Shown piece by piece: positions 53,288 to 64,000 of a stretch of DNA of 64,000 bases. Under the pieces are notes generated by a model that ran no database searches, was not told the DNA's origin, and saw nothing but the letters and a program-made list of their open reading frames with translations. The stretch's first letter is position 1. Every line of letters begins with the position of its first letter. The DNA is from an uncultured Candidatus Saccharibacteria bacterium (GTDB taxonomy: Bacteria; Patescibacteriota; Saccharimonadia; Saccharimonadales; CAYLGV01): contig CAYMZG010000001.1 in the NCBI GenBank assembly GCA_964394925.1, positions 67,656-131,655 on the forward strand. Direction: 5' to 3'. The position numbers and the translations under genes are program-made.

Positions 53288-55066
53288 ATGAAAACAACTA
53301 TCAAATCCAACAAAATCCTGAGTTACTACTGGCGAACCGCAAAGCATGATATGCGGCTGGTTGTTGGCCTGCTTATTAGCGTACCAATAACTATCTTGTT
53401 TGGTTCATTCTTGCCACCACTTGTGCTCGCAAACGTTCTGACACGCTTGAGCCAGCACCAGTATATGGGGCATGATATATGGCACAGCTTTGGTGTTGCC
53501 CTGCTACTATATGGCTTCATCTTGTTCGCCAACTTAATGTTGTGGCGTGTGGTCGACTACTGCATGTGGCGACTGGAGCTTTCTGTACAGCAACGTATGG
53601 CTGAAGAGGTGTTTGACCACCTCATGTATGAAAGTGCCGATTTCCATGCCAATCGTTTTAGCGGTTCACTGGTTTCACAGACGAACAAGCTGCTGGGTGG
53701 ATACATTCGAACGGCCGACACAATCATCTTTCAAGTATTGCCCATGATGTGGGGCATTGTTTTCGCCGCCGTTATATTGCTGCCTAAGGTACCCTGGTAC
53801 TCCGCCGTACTCGTTGTTACCTCAATGCTATTTATTGCATTTTCATCTTGGGCAACCAAGGATACGCGGCGCCATGGCACCATATCAGTAGCTGCCGAAA
53901 GCAAGCAAACAGGCTACTTGGCTGATGCCATAACAAACGTGATGGCAATCAAGAGCTTTGCCCGCGAGCGTTACGAGCAACAACGCTTCCACGGCGCAAC
54001 CACCAACACCCGACATAAACAACATCGCCTATCTACGGCTCACCAATGGCAAATGGTCAAACTTGGTGGTAGCACCCGCGTGATGTCATGGCTGGCCCTA
54101 TTTATGGCCATAGTAAGTGTGATGGTTTTTAACGCCAACGTTGCAATAGTCTTCTTGATATTTAGCTACACGTCAACGGTGGTCGATCAGCTTTTTACCT
54201 TTAGCAACAACAGCTTGCGCAACTTCAACCGAGCGTTTGGTGATGCCGCAGAAATGGTTGAGATACTCGGCCAAACAGCAGATGTGCTCGATCCCGCTGA
54301 GCCAGAACCACTGGCTATAGCTGATGGTACCTTGGATTTTAATAATGTGACATTTACACACAAAGGAAACGATGAAGCAATTTTCGACAAGCTCAACATT
54401 CACATTAAGCAAGGTGAAAAAGTCGGCTTGGTTGGTCACTCTGGATCTGGTAAAACAACCTTTACCAGATTGCTGCTTCGTTTTTCTGACATTGACAGCG
54501 GCTCAATCACCATTGACGGACAGAACATTGCCCACATTACACAGTCAGATCTGCACAAAATGATTGCCTACGTGCCACAGGAGCCATTGCTCTTCCACAG
54601 AACAATTGCCGAGAACATTTCGTATGGTAACCCGGATGCGTCTCCTGAAGCGATCGCTGAGGCGGCGCGGTCAGCCCATGCCGCCGAGTTCATTGACGGC
54701 CTGATGGAAGGCTATGAAACCCTTGTGGGAGAACGTGGGGTGAAACTGTCTGGTGGTCAACGCCAACGCATCGCCATTGCCCGTGCCATGCTAAAAGATG
54801 CCCCCTTGCTGGTTCTAGACGAAGCCACTAGTGCGCTTGACTCGGAGTCGGAAGGCTTGATTCAAGACGCCCTTTGGAAGCTCATGCAAAACCGCACAGC
54901 CATTGTGATTGCCCACCGATTAAGTACAATTCAAAGAATGGATCGTATTATTGTGCTCGAACATGGTCGCATTGTCGAGGAGGGCAGCCACCACGAACTG
55001 ATTAAACATGGTCGTGTCTACGCCGATCTATGGAACCGCCAAAGTGGAGGCTTCATAGATGACTAA
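53288..55066 (+). CDS. ABC exporter, fused permease/ATPase (MsbA-like), subunit 1
   Basis: 6-TM domain followed by GHSGSGKTT, LSGGQRQRIAIARA and LVLDEATSALD. Confidence 0.9.
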   Translation: MKTTIKSNKILSYYWRTAKHDMRLVVGLLISVPITILFGSFLPPLVLANVLTRLSQHQYMGHDIWHSFGVALLLYGFILFANLMLWRVVDYCMWRLELSVQQRMAEEVFDHLMYESADFHANRFSGSLVSQTNKLLGGYIRTADTIIFQVLPMMWGIVFAAVILLPKVPWYSAVLVVTSMLFIAFSSWATKDTRRHGTISVAAESKQTGYLADAITNVMAIKSFARERYEQQRFHGATTNTRHKQHRLSTAHQWQMVKLGGSTRVMSWLALFMAIVSVMVFNANVAIVFLIFSYTSTVVDQLFTFSNNSLRNFNRAFGDAAEMVEILGQTADVLDPAEPEPLAIADGTLDFNNVTFTHKGNDEAIFDKLNIHIKQGEKVGLVGHSGSGKTTFTRLLLRFSDIDSGSITIDGQNIAHITQSDLHKMIAYVPQEPLLFHRTIAENISYGNPDASPEAIAEAARSAHAAEFIDGLMEGYETLVGERGVKLSGGQRQRIAIARAMLKDAPLLVLDEATSALDSESEGLIQDALWKLMQNRTAIVIAHRLSTIQRMDRIIVLEHGRIVEEGSHHELIKHGRVYADLWNRQSGGFIDD

Positions 55067-56828
55067 GTCAGGTAATGGGCAATCGAACTATAAAGCTGTC
55101 CTGCGGCACTTCCTACAAGTAAGTTGGCGTCATAAATATTTGGCGCTGCTTGCTTTTCTGCAGCCCATTGGCGCTATCTTTACTAACGTTGGTGTGCCAT
55201 TCTTTGCTGGACGGGCCATTGCTAGCATAGCACTTCATAATGGTGGCTTTGCGACCAACATATGGCTCGTAGCAGCCTGTGCAGTACTTGGCATCGTAGC
55301 CAACCGTATTGGGTTCGTGAAACTCATGACACTACAAGCCGAGGCCTCGAGCGATCTGAGCGTTGAAGTATTTGATCGGCTTATGGACCGAAGTGTTGGC
55401 TTCCATACCAATCAGATAAGTGGCAAGCTGATATCTGATGCTATTGACTTTGTGGGTTCTTACTTGCAGCTCTCGAATGCCGCTTTTAACAACGGCTTCT
55501 CGTTTTTGATGATCCTTGTTTCAGGCATCATTGTCGTTTCAATTAGCAGCTGGCAACTCGGCCTTTTGCTATTCGTGATAGCAGCTGTTACGTTGGTCTG
55601 GGCGATTTTGGAAAGTAACCGACGCACTGAGTTACGGCATGTTCGCCTGAATGCCACTCGCAATGTAACCGCCCATTTATCTGACTCAATTGTTAATGCA
55701 CAAACAGTCAAGATGTTCTCGGCTGAGAAGCGCGAAAAAAGTATGAACCGCAAGCTTAACGCTACGCTTAAAGAGTTGCGCGTTCGTGACTGGCGACGTG
55801 CCGGCATTAGTGGCAATAACCGCATTGGTGCCTTGCTAGTGATGCTCATTGTGTTACTTTTGGTAATTAATTACCTGGCCAGCACCAACCCCGCCATCCT
55901 CGCCGCTGGTATCTTTGCCTACACCTACACACTCACTTTGATCTTACGATTATTCGAACTCAATGTTTTAACGCGTCAGATCGAAGAGGCCTTTCTTCAG
56001 GCATCACCTATGATGAATATTCTGCTGGAGCCAATTGAAATTGCTGACCTGCCCCACGCCACAGACATGGTAGTTGATGAGGGTAAAATTGAGCTGCGTG
56101 ATGTTTCGTTCCGCTACGCCGACAATAAGCAAAAACAAGCCGTCTTCGCAAACCTTAATATCACCATACAGCCAGGCGAGCGAGTTGGTCTGATTGGACC
56201 AAGTGGCGGCGGCAAATCAACGCTTACAAAGTTATTGCTTAGGCTCGAAGACGTCCAAGCCGGCCGAATTTTAGTCGACAATCAAAGTATTAGCGATGTC
56301 ACGCAAGCCAGCCTGCGGCGTGCAATTGCCTATGTACCGCAGGAGCCTCTGCTCTTCCACCGCACAATCAAAGAGAATATCGGCTACGGTAAAGAAAAAA
56401 CGACAATCGACGAGATTATGCAAGCCGCTAAGTTGGCTCATGCCGATGCCTTTATTGGCAAGCTTCCGAAAGGATACGATACGGTTGTTGGGGAGCGCGG
56501 CGTTAAGCTTTCGGGCGGTCAACGTCAGCGTATTGCCATTGCTCGTGCCATCTTAAAAAACGCCCCGATATTAATTCTGGATGAAGCAACCAGCGCTCTC
56601 GACAGCGAAAGTGAAAAAGCAATTCAACATGCACTCTGGCAACTCATGCAAGACAAAACTGCCCTCGTGATTGCCCACCGACTCAGCACCATTCAAAAAC
56701 TTGATCGCATATTAGTACTAGACGATGGCGAGGTCATTGAAGAGGGCACACACGAAACATTGCTCGCCAAGAACGGCCTATACGCCCGTTTGTGGAACCA
56801 CCAATCGGGTGGCTTTATACAAGATTAG
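55059..56828 (+). CDS. ABC exporter, fused permease/ATPase, subunit 2
   Basis: GPSGGGKST, LSGGQRQRIAIARA and ILDEATSALD. 8-nt overlap with subunit 1 (heterodimer). Confidence 0.9.
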   Translation: MTKSGNGQSNYKAVLRHFLQVSWRHKYLALLAFLQPIGAIFTNVGVPFFAGRAIASIALHNGGFATNIWLVAACAVLGIVANRIGFVKLMTLQAEASSDLSVEVFDRLMDRSVGFHTNQISGKLISDAIDFVGSYLQLSNAAFNNGFSFLMILVSGIIVVSISSWQLGLLLFVIAAVTLVWAILESNRRTELRHVRLNATRNVTAHLSDSIVNAQTVKMFSAEKREKSMNRKLNATLKELRVRDWRRAGISGNNRIGALLVMLIVLLLVINYLASTNPAILAAGIFAYTYTLTLILRLFELNVLTRQIEEAFLQASPMMNILLEPIEIADLPHATDMVVDEGKIELRDVSFRYADNKQKQAVFANLNITIQPGERVGLIGPSGGGKSTLTKLLLRLEDVQAGRILVDNQSISDVTQASLRRAIAYVPQEPLLFHRTIKENIGYGKEKTTIDEIMQAAKLAHADAFIGKLPKGYDTVVGERGVKLSGGQRQRIAIARAILKNAPILILDEATSALDSESEKAIQHALWQLMQDKTALVIAHRLSTIQKLDRILVLDDGEVIEEGTHETLLAKNGLYARLWNHQSGGFIQD

Positions 56829-56835
56829 CGGGAAA

Positions 56836-57498
56836 CTATTCTTCTTCTGGTGACTCGTCACTTTTAGCTTCGCCCGCTGCGTCACCAGCATCGGCGGCAA
56901 GCTCAGCTGCTGCTGCGTTAGCCTCGGCAATTTGATCGCGTGGCATTTCAACGGTAGCAATGTTGGTATCAGGCTCAGTGAGCACTGTAACGCCACCCGG
57001 AACAATCAGATCAGCCACTGATAGGGTGTCGCCCACTTCTTTCAAAGTGCTTGGATCAACAACCAGTTGGTCGGGCAAATCACGTGGCAAAGCTTTAACT
57101 TCAACGTGGTCAAGCTGCTTGAGTACGAGTAGGCTGGCTTTTTCGGCTGGGATTTCGGCATTTTCTTTGAAGACCACAGGGATCTCGGCTTCAACTTCTT
57201 CGTTTTGCTTAATAGCCTGGAATACAACATGGCGCAAACGGTGCTTGGCCGGCTCAAAGTCAACATCTTTAATAAGAGCTAAGTGTTGTTTGCCGCCAAC
57301 CGCAACTTCAACCGGGTGGTGTTTACCAGCTCGGCTATACACCTTAGTGAGCTTTAAGTACTCGCCCATCACCAGCAAAGATTCCTTGCCGTGATTATGA
57401 ATAACGGCTGGCACCATACCTTCGTCACGAAGTCCCTTAAGGCCTTTCCTGACAACCGTTCGTTCTTGTAATTCCACCGCAATCTTGTCTTCGGGCAT
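56836..57498 (-). CDS. rplY: 50S ribosomal protein L25/Ctc
   Basis: L25/TL5 N-domain (RKGLKGLRDEGMVPAVIHNHG) and an acidic tail. The ATG at 57498 is preceded by GGAGGGG. Confidence 0.8.
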   Translation of the reverse strand: MPEDKIAVELQERTVVRKGLKGLRDEGMVPAVIHNHGKESLLVMGEYLKLTKVYSRAGKHHPVEVAVGGKQHLALIKDVDFEPAKHRLRHVVFQAIKQNEEVEAEIPVVFKENAEIPAEKASLLVLKQLDHVEVKALPRDLPDQLVVDPSTLKEVGDTLSVADLIVPGGVTVLTEPDTNIATVEMPRDQIAEANAAAAELAADAGDAAGEAKSDESPEEE

Positions 57499-57572
57499 GT
57501 TCCCCTCCACGTTCACATAAATACTTGAAAAGACTTCCTTATTATAGCAAAAAACGGTAGGATTAGGGACAG

Positions 57573-58217
57573 ATGTTTGACGTTGAATCTATTATTCGTG
57601 CTGGTGGCATACTCATCGTTGCTGGTATTGTTTTTGCTGAATCAGGTCTGCTTATTGGTTTTTTCTTGCCTGGCGATACCTTACTCTTTGGCGCAGGCCT
57701 GCTAGCCTCACAAGGTGAAATGAACATATGGGTGTTGGTTGCAGCCGTTATTGTAGCCGCGGTTCTTGGTGATAATGTTGGCTATAGCATTGGCCAAAAG
57801 GCAGGGCCACGTATGTTTAGTAAAAAGGATGGGATTCTTTTTCGCCGTGAATACATTGAGAAGGCAGAAGCTTTCTACGAAAAGCATGGTGGTAAAACAA
57901 TCATTCTTGCCCGCTTCACACCAATTGTTCGGACGTTTGCACCAGTTGTTGCTGGCATTGGTAATATGTCTCGTCGTCGATTTTTTTTGTATAACATTAT
58001 TGGCGCAGTGCTGTGGGCGACCACAATTATCTTGCTTGGCTACTGGCTAGGTAGCAAAATTCCGCACTTAGATAAATTCATCGAATACGTACTGCTTGCG
58101 GTCGTCATTGCAAGCTTAGTTGTTGCCTTTGGTCATGTACTGAAAGATCCCAAAAACCGCCGTATCATGATTGCCAACATCAAGAAAAGTTGGGCGCAAC
58201 GCTTTTCAAAAAAATAG
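57573..58217 (+). CDS. DedA/VTT-domain membrane protein
   Basis: Typical FFLPGDTLLFGAG...ARFTPIVRTFAPVVAG sequence. Confidence 0.85.
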   Translation: MFDVESIIRAGGILIVAGIVFAESGLLIGFFLPGDTLLFGAGLLASQGEMNIWVLVAAVIVAAVLGDNVGYSIGQKAGPRMFSKKDGILFRREYIEKAEAFYEKHGGKTIILARFTPIVRTFAPVVAGIGNMSRRRFFLYNIIGAVLWATTIILLGYWLGSKIPHLDKFIEYVLLAVVIASLVVAFGHVLKDPKNRRIMIANIKKSWAQRFSKK

Positions 58218-58218
58218 G

Positions 58219-58509
58219 CTACCTGAATCGTTCTAGGTCACTTGGCTTAAGCTCGCTAAAAATCTTTCGTCGCACATTATTCGACGCTGCGAATGACATA
58301 CTACCCGGTGGTAGATGAAATTCTTGGGCATAATATGTAGTGATTTCCTCGGCCGTTGTTATTGGTCTATCTGATTGCATACAGGCACTGATGAACCAGC
58401 CTCGAAAGGCTTCAATCTTCTCTTCGTACGTTTCAGCCTGCTTGACACGCTCCGTCCATTCATGCAGCGCCGGGAAATCAGCGGGTAGGCCTTCTGCGCT
58501 GCTGTTCAT
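58219..58509 (-). CDS. Hypothetical protein (96 aa)
   Basis: ORF immediately downstream of uvrA (2-nt gap between the genes). Confidence 0.4.
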   Translation of the reverse strand: MNSSAEGLPADFPALHEWTERVKQAETYEEKIEAFRGWFISACMQSDRPITTAEEITTYYAQEFHLPPGSMSFAASNNVRRKIFSELKPSDLERFR

Positions 58510-58511
58510 GG

Positions 58512-61322
58512 CTAAATCATCCTTTTCAGGAACTGGCCGGTGTATGACTTGGTGTTTTTAGCGACCTGCTCTGGCGTGCCTTCAGCAATCACTTGACCAC
58601 CGTTGGCGCCACCTTCAGGACCCATATCAATCAGCCAGTCGGCATTCTTAATAACATCAAGGTTATGTTCAATAACCACCATACTATTTCCCGTATCTAC
58701 CAAAGCATGAAGCACGCCGAGTAACTTATGAACATCTTCCATGTGTAGGCCGGTGGTTGGCTCGTCGAGAATATACAACGTGCGACCAGTTGGGCGACGA
58801 CTCAGTTCGGTCGCCAGCTTAACGCGTTGCGCCTCGCCACCAGACAAGGTAGTAGCAGGCTGTCCGAGTGCAATGTAACCCAGACCAACGTCAACCATGG
58901 TCTGTAGTTTGCGTGCGATTGTTGGAATATTTTCAAAGAACTCCAGCGCCTGTTCACAGGTCATTTGCAGCACATCACTAATAGTTTTACCCTTGTAATG
59001 AATCTCGAGTGCTTCACGGTTGTAGCGCTGACCCTTACAGACCTCACAGGGTACGTACACATCGGGCAAGAAGTGCATTTCAATCTTAATAATGCCATCG
59101 CCGCTACAGTTTTCACAGCGGCCACCACGGACGTTAAAGCTAAACCGCCCCGGTCCATACCCCCTTAGCTTGGCCTCGGGGACACTGGCGAATAGTTCAC
59201 GGATTGGCGTGAACAGACCCGTGTACGTGGCCGGGTTAGATCGTGGCGTACGACCGATTGGCGACTGGTCAATAATAATGGCTTTGTCGAGTTCCTTAAT
59301 GCCTTCAATGTTGTCGTGTGCCCCGGGCACCGCATTAGCACGCATAAGTCTCGATGATAGCTCCTTGGCAAGGATGTCATTAATGAGTGATGACTTGCCC
59401 GAGCCAGACACGCCGCTCACCACCACAAGCTTGCCGAGCGGGATTTCAACGTCAACATTCTTAAGATTATTCTCTCGCGCACCACGAATCTTTAGAGCTT
59501 TGCCATTACCACTTCGGCGCTTCTTGGGCACGGGAATCGTTTTCTTGCCTTCCAAATACAGACCAGTAACACTCTTCGGATTCTTTGCCACTTCGCTCGG
59601 CGTACCAGCGGCAATAATCTCACCACCATGTATGCCGGCACCAGGACCAATGTCGAGTAGGTAATCGGCTGTTCGAATGGTGTCTTCATCATGCTCTACC
59701 ACCAGTACGGTATTACCGAGGTCGCGCAGATGCTTGAGAGTGGTAATGAGCCGCTCGTTATCACGTTGGTGCAAACCAATACTTGGCTCATCGAGCACAT
59801 ACAAAACACCTTGCAAACCTGAACCAATTTGAGTGGCCAAGCGAATACGCTGCGCTTCACCGCCAGACAACGTTACCGCACTACGCAACAGATTTAGGTA
59901 GTTAAGGCCAACGTCTTGCATAAAGGTGAGGCGCGCCGTTACTTCTTTAATGACCTGCTTGGCAATTTGTTTTTCTTTGTCGTTAAATTTAACACTTGCA
60001 AAAAAAGCAATGGCGTCATCAATGGATAGTTGGCAAATATCCATGATTGATTTGTCCGCTACGCTCACTGCAAGTACTTCAGGTTTGAGGCGTAGGCCCT
60101 TACAGACATGACACGGTTTTTCACGCATAAAGCGTTCAATGTCACGACGCATAAAGTCACTTTCGGTTTCTTTATGACGGCGCTCGAGGTTGGGGATCAC
60201 CCCTTCGTATGTTGTTTGGAAGGTACGGCCTGCCCCGAGTGAAACTTTATACGTTTCCGTGCCAGTGCCATACAAAATCTTATCGAGATCTTCTTTTTTT
60301 AGTTCCCCTGTCGGCGTATGCAAACTAAAGCCATACGTGTCAGCTACCGCCTGCATTTTCTTGGTGTACCAAGCATCGCTGTTAATGCGGTTAAATGGGC
60401 GGATGGCGCCTTCGGCAATCGTCAGGCGACCATTTGGAATGACAAGTTCTGGATCAACTTCAAGTCGAGAACCGAGACCCGTACAGGTTGGGCACGCCCC
60501 GTGTGGGCTATTAAAACTAAATGTACGCGGCTCAAGCTCAGGGATAGCAACATCGGGATGATCAAGACAGGCGTACATTAGGCTATAGTCATGTTCTTCA
60601 TTGGTGTCGGCATTAATCACCTTCATGCGCCCTTCAGCAAGATCAAGGGCCTGCTCAATGGACTGCGTGAGACGGCCGCGACTAGCTTCATCGTTAACTA
60701 CACGATCGGCTACAATTTCGACGTTATGCTTGTAGTTTTTATCGAGTTCAGGGAATTCGTCGAGCGAATATACCACGCCATCTACCCGAGCACGTGCAAA
60801 ACCAGCCCGCATGTACTGTTCTGGAATGTGTTCAAAGGCACCCTTTTTGTCGGTAACCACTGGTGCCAGTACCATTAATCGTGCACCAGCTGGTAAAGCA
60901 ACCACTTGGTCAACAATAGCATTTGAGGTTTGCCGCGTTACTGGTTTACCGCAAACAGGGCAGTGCGGTACACCGATACGGGCAAACATCAGGCGCAAAT
61001 AATCATAAATTTCTGTAACCGTAGCAACGGTGCTGCGCGGGTTACGGCTGGTAGACTTTTGGTCAATCGAAATCGCTGGGCTTAAGCCGTCGATCTGGTC
61101 AACGTCCGGCTTTTCCATGAGCCCCAAGAATTGGCGCGCATAGGCGCTGAGCGACTCGACGTAGCGACGCTGCCCCTCGGCATAAATAGTATCGAAAGCC
61201 AATGACGATTTACCCGAACCAGACAGGCCAGTAATAACCACCAGTTTGTTGCGTGGAATTTCAACGCTCACATTCTTTAGGTTGTGTTCTCTGGCACCCT
61301 GCACTCGAATAACATCGCTCAT
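58512..61322 (-). CDS. uvrA: Excinuclease ABC subunit A
   Basis: [14 protein letters not shown], zinc-finger Cys clusters, a second [10 protein letters not shown], and two LSGGEAQR signatures. The ATG at 61322 ([17 protein letters not shown]) is preceded by AAGGAG. Confidence 0.95.
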   Translation of the reverse strand: MSDVIRVQGAREHNLKNVSVEIPRNKLVVITGLSGSGKSSLAFDTIYAEGQRRYVESLSAYARQFLGLMEKPDVDQIDGLSPAISIDQKSTSRNPRSTVATVTEIYDYLRLMFARIGVPHCPVCGKPVTRQTSNAIVDQVVALPAGARLMVLAPVVTDKKGAFEHIPEQYMRAGFARARVDGVVYSLDEFPELDKNYKHNVEIVADRVVNDEASRGRLTQSIEQALDLAEGRMKVINADTNEEHDYSLMYACLDHPDVAIPELEPRTFSFNSPHGACPTCTGLGSRLEVDPELVIPNGRLTIAEGAIRPFNRINSDAWYTKKMQAVADTYGFSLHTPTGELKKEDLDKILYGTGTETYKVSLGAGRTFQTTYEGVIPNLERRHKETESDFMRRDIERFMREKPCHVCKGLRLKPEVLAVSVADKSIMDICQLSIDDAIAFFASVKFNDKEKQIAKQVIKEVTARLTFMQDVGLNYLNLLRSAVTLSGGEAQRIRLATQIGSGLQGVLYVLDEPSIGLHQRDNERLITTLKHLRDLGNTVLVVEHDEDTIRTADYLLDIGPGAGIHGGEIIAAGTPSEVAKNPKSVTGLYLEGKKTIPVPKKRRSGNGKALKIRGARENNLKNVDVEIPLGKLVVVSGVSGSGKSSLINDILAKELSSRLMRANAVPGAHDNIEGIKELDKAIIIDQSPIGRTPRSNPATYTGLFTPIRELFASVPEAKLRGYGPGRFSFNVRGGRCENCSGDGIIKIEMHFLPDVYVPCEVCKGQRYNREALEIHYKGKTISDVLQMTCEQALEFFENIPTIARKLQTMVDVGLGYIALGQPATTLSGGEAQRVKLATELSRRPTGRTLYILDEPTTGLHMEDVHKLLGVLHALVDTGNSMVVIEHNLDVIKNADWLIDMGPEGGANGGQVIAEGTPEQVAKNTKSYTGQFLKRMI

Positions 61323-61428
61323 AGGCTCATCGTCTCCTTTTCGTCGCTCCAACATGCACACCACACCGTGGCCTTACATGACCATGTAGTCTAGCAGAAA
61401 ACAGAGAAAAATTCCAGCTACTACGGCT

Positions 61429-64000
61429 TTATGGCATTAGGTCGTAGCTTGCCATAGAGCGCAGTTGACTCAGCGTATACTCGCGTGTGAAGCCGGTTCT
61501 ATTGCGGTAAACGAAATACACTTCACGACCATCTTCTAACCTAACCGAGTCTTCATCGTTATCGAATACAAAACTTAGGTTTTGTACCTTAACGAGTGGT
61601 TTGCCGTGCCGATAGTCAACGTGACGTATGCGGCTACCGACCAATATCTCGGTAGGCGCCTTTTCGAGTATGTCAGCAACGATATCGTCGGGCACAAACA
61701 TACTGCGCGTTATTGCCGTCTCTGGGTCAAGACTCATTAATCGCAAGTTATCCTCAATCGTAGCTGGGTTGGTAATATCGTATGGGGCGGCCTCATGAAT
61801 CAACTGTTCAAGGCGCTGCTGCGTAAGTTGCGGTACGTGACGCTTAGTCAGATGGGAGAGCTCTTCGAGCTCTTTCTTTACCTGACGTATTTTGCGCTGT
61901 TCTGCCCCTGGCATTTGTAAGGCTTCCTCTATGATTTTCAAACGGAGTGCGTATGATGGCTCGGGTTCTACCTCACGTTCTTGTTTCAAATCAAAACCAT
62001 TGAATGCATACGCACGCTCAACTTGTACCACTTTATCGAGTAAGACACTGTTTGTTCCCGAGACACGATAATCTTCAACTCGCCAAACCGTATGTTTTGC
62101 CGCCAAACGCGCGACCTGTTCTTCTGTAATGGCAGTCACATTATGGATAAGGTGCAGGAAGCCACCACCTTGGAGCTCGACTCGCCATGGATCACCAACC
62201 ACAAAGTCTGGATTTGTATATTTACCCACCCGACTGCGGGTGGAAATCTCACGAAGTGTGGGGGAGTGTGAGTTCGATATATTTGCATATTTACCTTCAC
62301 CTTTATGGTGATAAATAGCTGGCATAAAGCCGATCAAACTACACTCAAGGATCATGTCACGCTCTTCTTCTGTAGGAGGTTTTAAAACCTCAGCATATGC
62401 CGATGCGGTTTTAGCAATCTTGGTGTACTGCTCGCGTGCACGATGCACATTACTCACATCAAAGCCATATGCCCGTAGTTCAGCATCGGTCATGTGTTGC
62501 GCAGCAATAAATAAGTCGAGTTGGACAAGCAGATCAGACTGCGTTTCTTCACTTAGCTCACGCCAAAGGTTACTCACATTTCGGCCATAAAACTGTAGAC
62601 CACCCAGTTCTTTTGAAGCTGTCATGGCGGCTAGATAACTACGCACTGGCCGAGGGTAGCCGGCGGACTCTACCATGATTCTTGCTGATGAGGTGCAAAG
62701 CGGATATTCATTCATTGATCGGCCAATCGGAGCAACGGCCCCGCTCTCGGGACCCACTGCATCCAGCAATACAAGATTTACGTCGGCAAGTTTTAAAATG
62801 TGCCCGGAGGTTTTATGTAACCAGTCAAAAATTCTTGCCTCGTAACCCGCTACTCTAAGGCGTAGACTGTTACGTTGCATGTCAGTACGTAGAATCTGTG
62901 CAACAGGATACATCTCCCGTTCGTGTAAAGGTGTATAGGCCCTATCTTGATTTATTCGAGTTGAGATGTACGTGCCTTTAGACGTACGACCGACTCGTCC
63001 CATTCGTTGCACGAAGTTAGCCGTGGTAGCCGTAACGGTTTGCAGGCCTTTAGTGCCTTCATCGTCTATGTCTTCTTGGCGGTTGAGCCCGGCGTCAACC
63101 ACGTATTTTAGGCCATCGACTGTTATGCTGGACTCTGCAATATTCGTGGCAAATATGAACTTAATATGGTTTGGGTATCGACGGATGGCAGCATCTTGTT
63201 CGCTCGGTGAAAGATTACGATGTAGGGCGAAAAGCTTCACTCTGCTATGCATGTCCTTTGGCAGGCGGCGCTTAACCTCATGCATCACTTCCTCAATCTC
63301 ACGTTTACCGGGCAGGAAAGCGAGGACATCACCGCGCGTCTTAGGGTTAAAGCCAGCTTCGTCCCTATCCTCGTTTGTCCCCTTCATTGACAGAGCCAAC
63401 TGTACCACTTCTGTGGCTACGGTACTCTCGGGTCTTTCTATAACTTCCACTTCGTGCATCTCACCAGGAAGCTCCATAATTGGTGGCCTGGCGACTGTAA
63501 CGTCTGCAAAATAATCGGCTAGTTCGTTGGTGTCCATTTTGGCACTCATAAGTACGACTCGGAAATTCGGGTCAGACCTAACCCGTTCTTTAGCCAAGGC
63601 AAGCAATATCTCTATGTTTGAATTAGCCTCGTGTGTTTCGTCAATAACGAGCACGTCACGACCGCTTGCACCCTTACCCATAAGTTCCAAAATTACCTGC
63701 AGGCCATCCGTCACAATCTTAATAGCCGCATTTTCAGGTCCTTCTTTTTGGGCAGCATGATGAAGGCTAATATAATCGATCGCACTAACCCCAAAGACGT
63801 TTGATAGCTCTTCTTTTATTCTTGAGAATACGTTATTAGCTGCCAGGCGCCGCGGTTGCGAAACAATAATTTGGTTATACTGCTCAGTCTCGAGTAGATA
63901 TTGAGGGATTTGTGTGCTTTTGCCAGTGCCTGTTTGAGCGGTAATAATCGTAACTGCATTATCAGCAATCGTCTCTGTAATCTCGCACTTATACGGATAT
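61429..64000 (-). CDS. DExH-box helicase, HrpA/HrpB-like, partial (N-terminus beyond window)
   Basis: DExH (VLVIDETHE), a helicase C domain (FLPGKREIEE...TNIAESSITVDG...QRMGRVGR). The upstream in-frame sequence at 63900-63960 encodes TAQTGTGKSTQIPQY, so the ORF continues past 64000. Confidence 0.8.
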   Translation of the reverse strand, partial: YPYKCEITETIADNAVTIITAQTGTGKSTQIPQYLLETEQYNQIIVSQPRRLAANNVFSRIKEELSNVFGVSAIDYISLHHAAQKEGPENAAIKIVTDGLQVILELMGKGASGRDVLVIDETHEANSNIEILLALAKERVRSDPNFRVVLMSAKMDTNELADYFADVTVARPPIMELPGEMHEVEVIERPESTVATEVVQLALSMKGTNEDRDEAGFNPKTRGDVLAFLPGKREIEEVMHEVKRRLPKDMHSRVKLFALHRNLSPSEQDAAIRRYPNHIKFIFATNIAESSITVDGLKYVVDAGLNRQEDIDDEGTKGLQTVTATTANFVQRMGRVGRTSKGTYISTRINQDRAYTPLHEREMYPVAQILRTDMQRNSLRLRVAGYEARIFDWLHKTSGHILKLADVNLVLLDAVGPESGAVAPIGRSMNEYPLCTSSARIMVESAGYPRPVRSYLAAMTASKELGGLQFYGRNVSNLWRELSEETQSDLLVQLDLFIAAQHMTDAELRAYGFDVSNVHRAREQYTKIAKTASAYAEVLKPPTEEERDMILECSLIGFMPAIYHHKGEGKYANISNSHSPTLREISTRSRVGKYTNPDFVVGDPWRVELQGGGFLHLIHNVTAITEEQVARLAAKHTVWRVEDYRVSGTNSVLLDKVVQVERAYAFNGFDLKQEREVEPEPSYALRLKIIEEALQMPGAEQRKIRQVKKELEELSHLTKRHVPQLTQQRLEQLIHEAAPYDITNPATIEDNLRLMSLDPETAITRSMFVPDDIVADILEKAPTEILVGSRIRHVDYRHGKPLVKVQNLSFVFDNDEDSVRLEDGREVYFVYRNRTGFTREYTLSQLRSMASYDLMP

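Noticed and set aside
1-64000. CRISPR arrays, rRNA genes, IS elements with terminal inverted repeats
   Set aside because: No regularly spaced short repeats, rRNA-like sequence or transposase ORFs were seen anywhere in the window.

Overview
The window reads as a 64-kb stretch of a small-genome bacterium. Gene content (many short housekeeping operons, homing-endonuclease genes, CCA-encoding tRNAs) suggests a Patescibacteria/CPR-like lineage, but that is a low-confidence inference because no database search was possible. The backbone is ordinary: htpX-lemA, nadK, typA, uvrA, uvrC, secG, an M24 aminopeptidase, rplY, a heterodimeric ABC exporter, proB, trhO and seven tRNAs. Three accessory regions stand out. 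(1) At 8.2-10.1 kb a stand-alone group-II-like reverse transcriptase (YADD) sits behind a ~0.5-kb leader. The leader starts at a TGnTATAAT promoter and carries two perfect 147-bp direct repeats with a 306-bp (102-codon) period. It has no stop codon in the RT frame and contains an internal SD+ATG, which suggests an RT plus template-RNA system, possibly a DRT2/Neo-like rolling-circle template. (2) At 12.4-28.1 kb an island abuts tRNA-Gly and carries two large serine recombinases. Three att-like junctions share the core TGGTGC (the tRNA-Gly 3' end) and form two interlocked perfect inverted-repeat pairs of 224 bp and 158 bp. Both recombinase genes read across the core. (3) Inside the island is a tightly coupled operon: a 1556-aa SF1 helicase with a DUF559-like nuclease, a double zinc-ribbon protein and a DUF2779 nuclease-like protein. 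A dnaX-type A_AAA_AAG / A9 slippery site 32 nt before the helicase stop opens into the zinc-ribbon frame. The island also holds an ABC-F/P-loop kinase cassette with a leader-peptide/terminator attenuator. Homing-endonuclease genes (HNH, an HNH remnant, LAGLIDADG) sit directly against tRNA genes. All functional calls rest on motifs read by eye from the translations; none has been confirmed by search.
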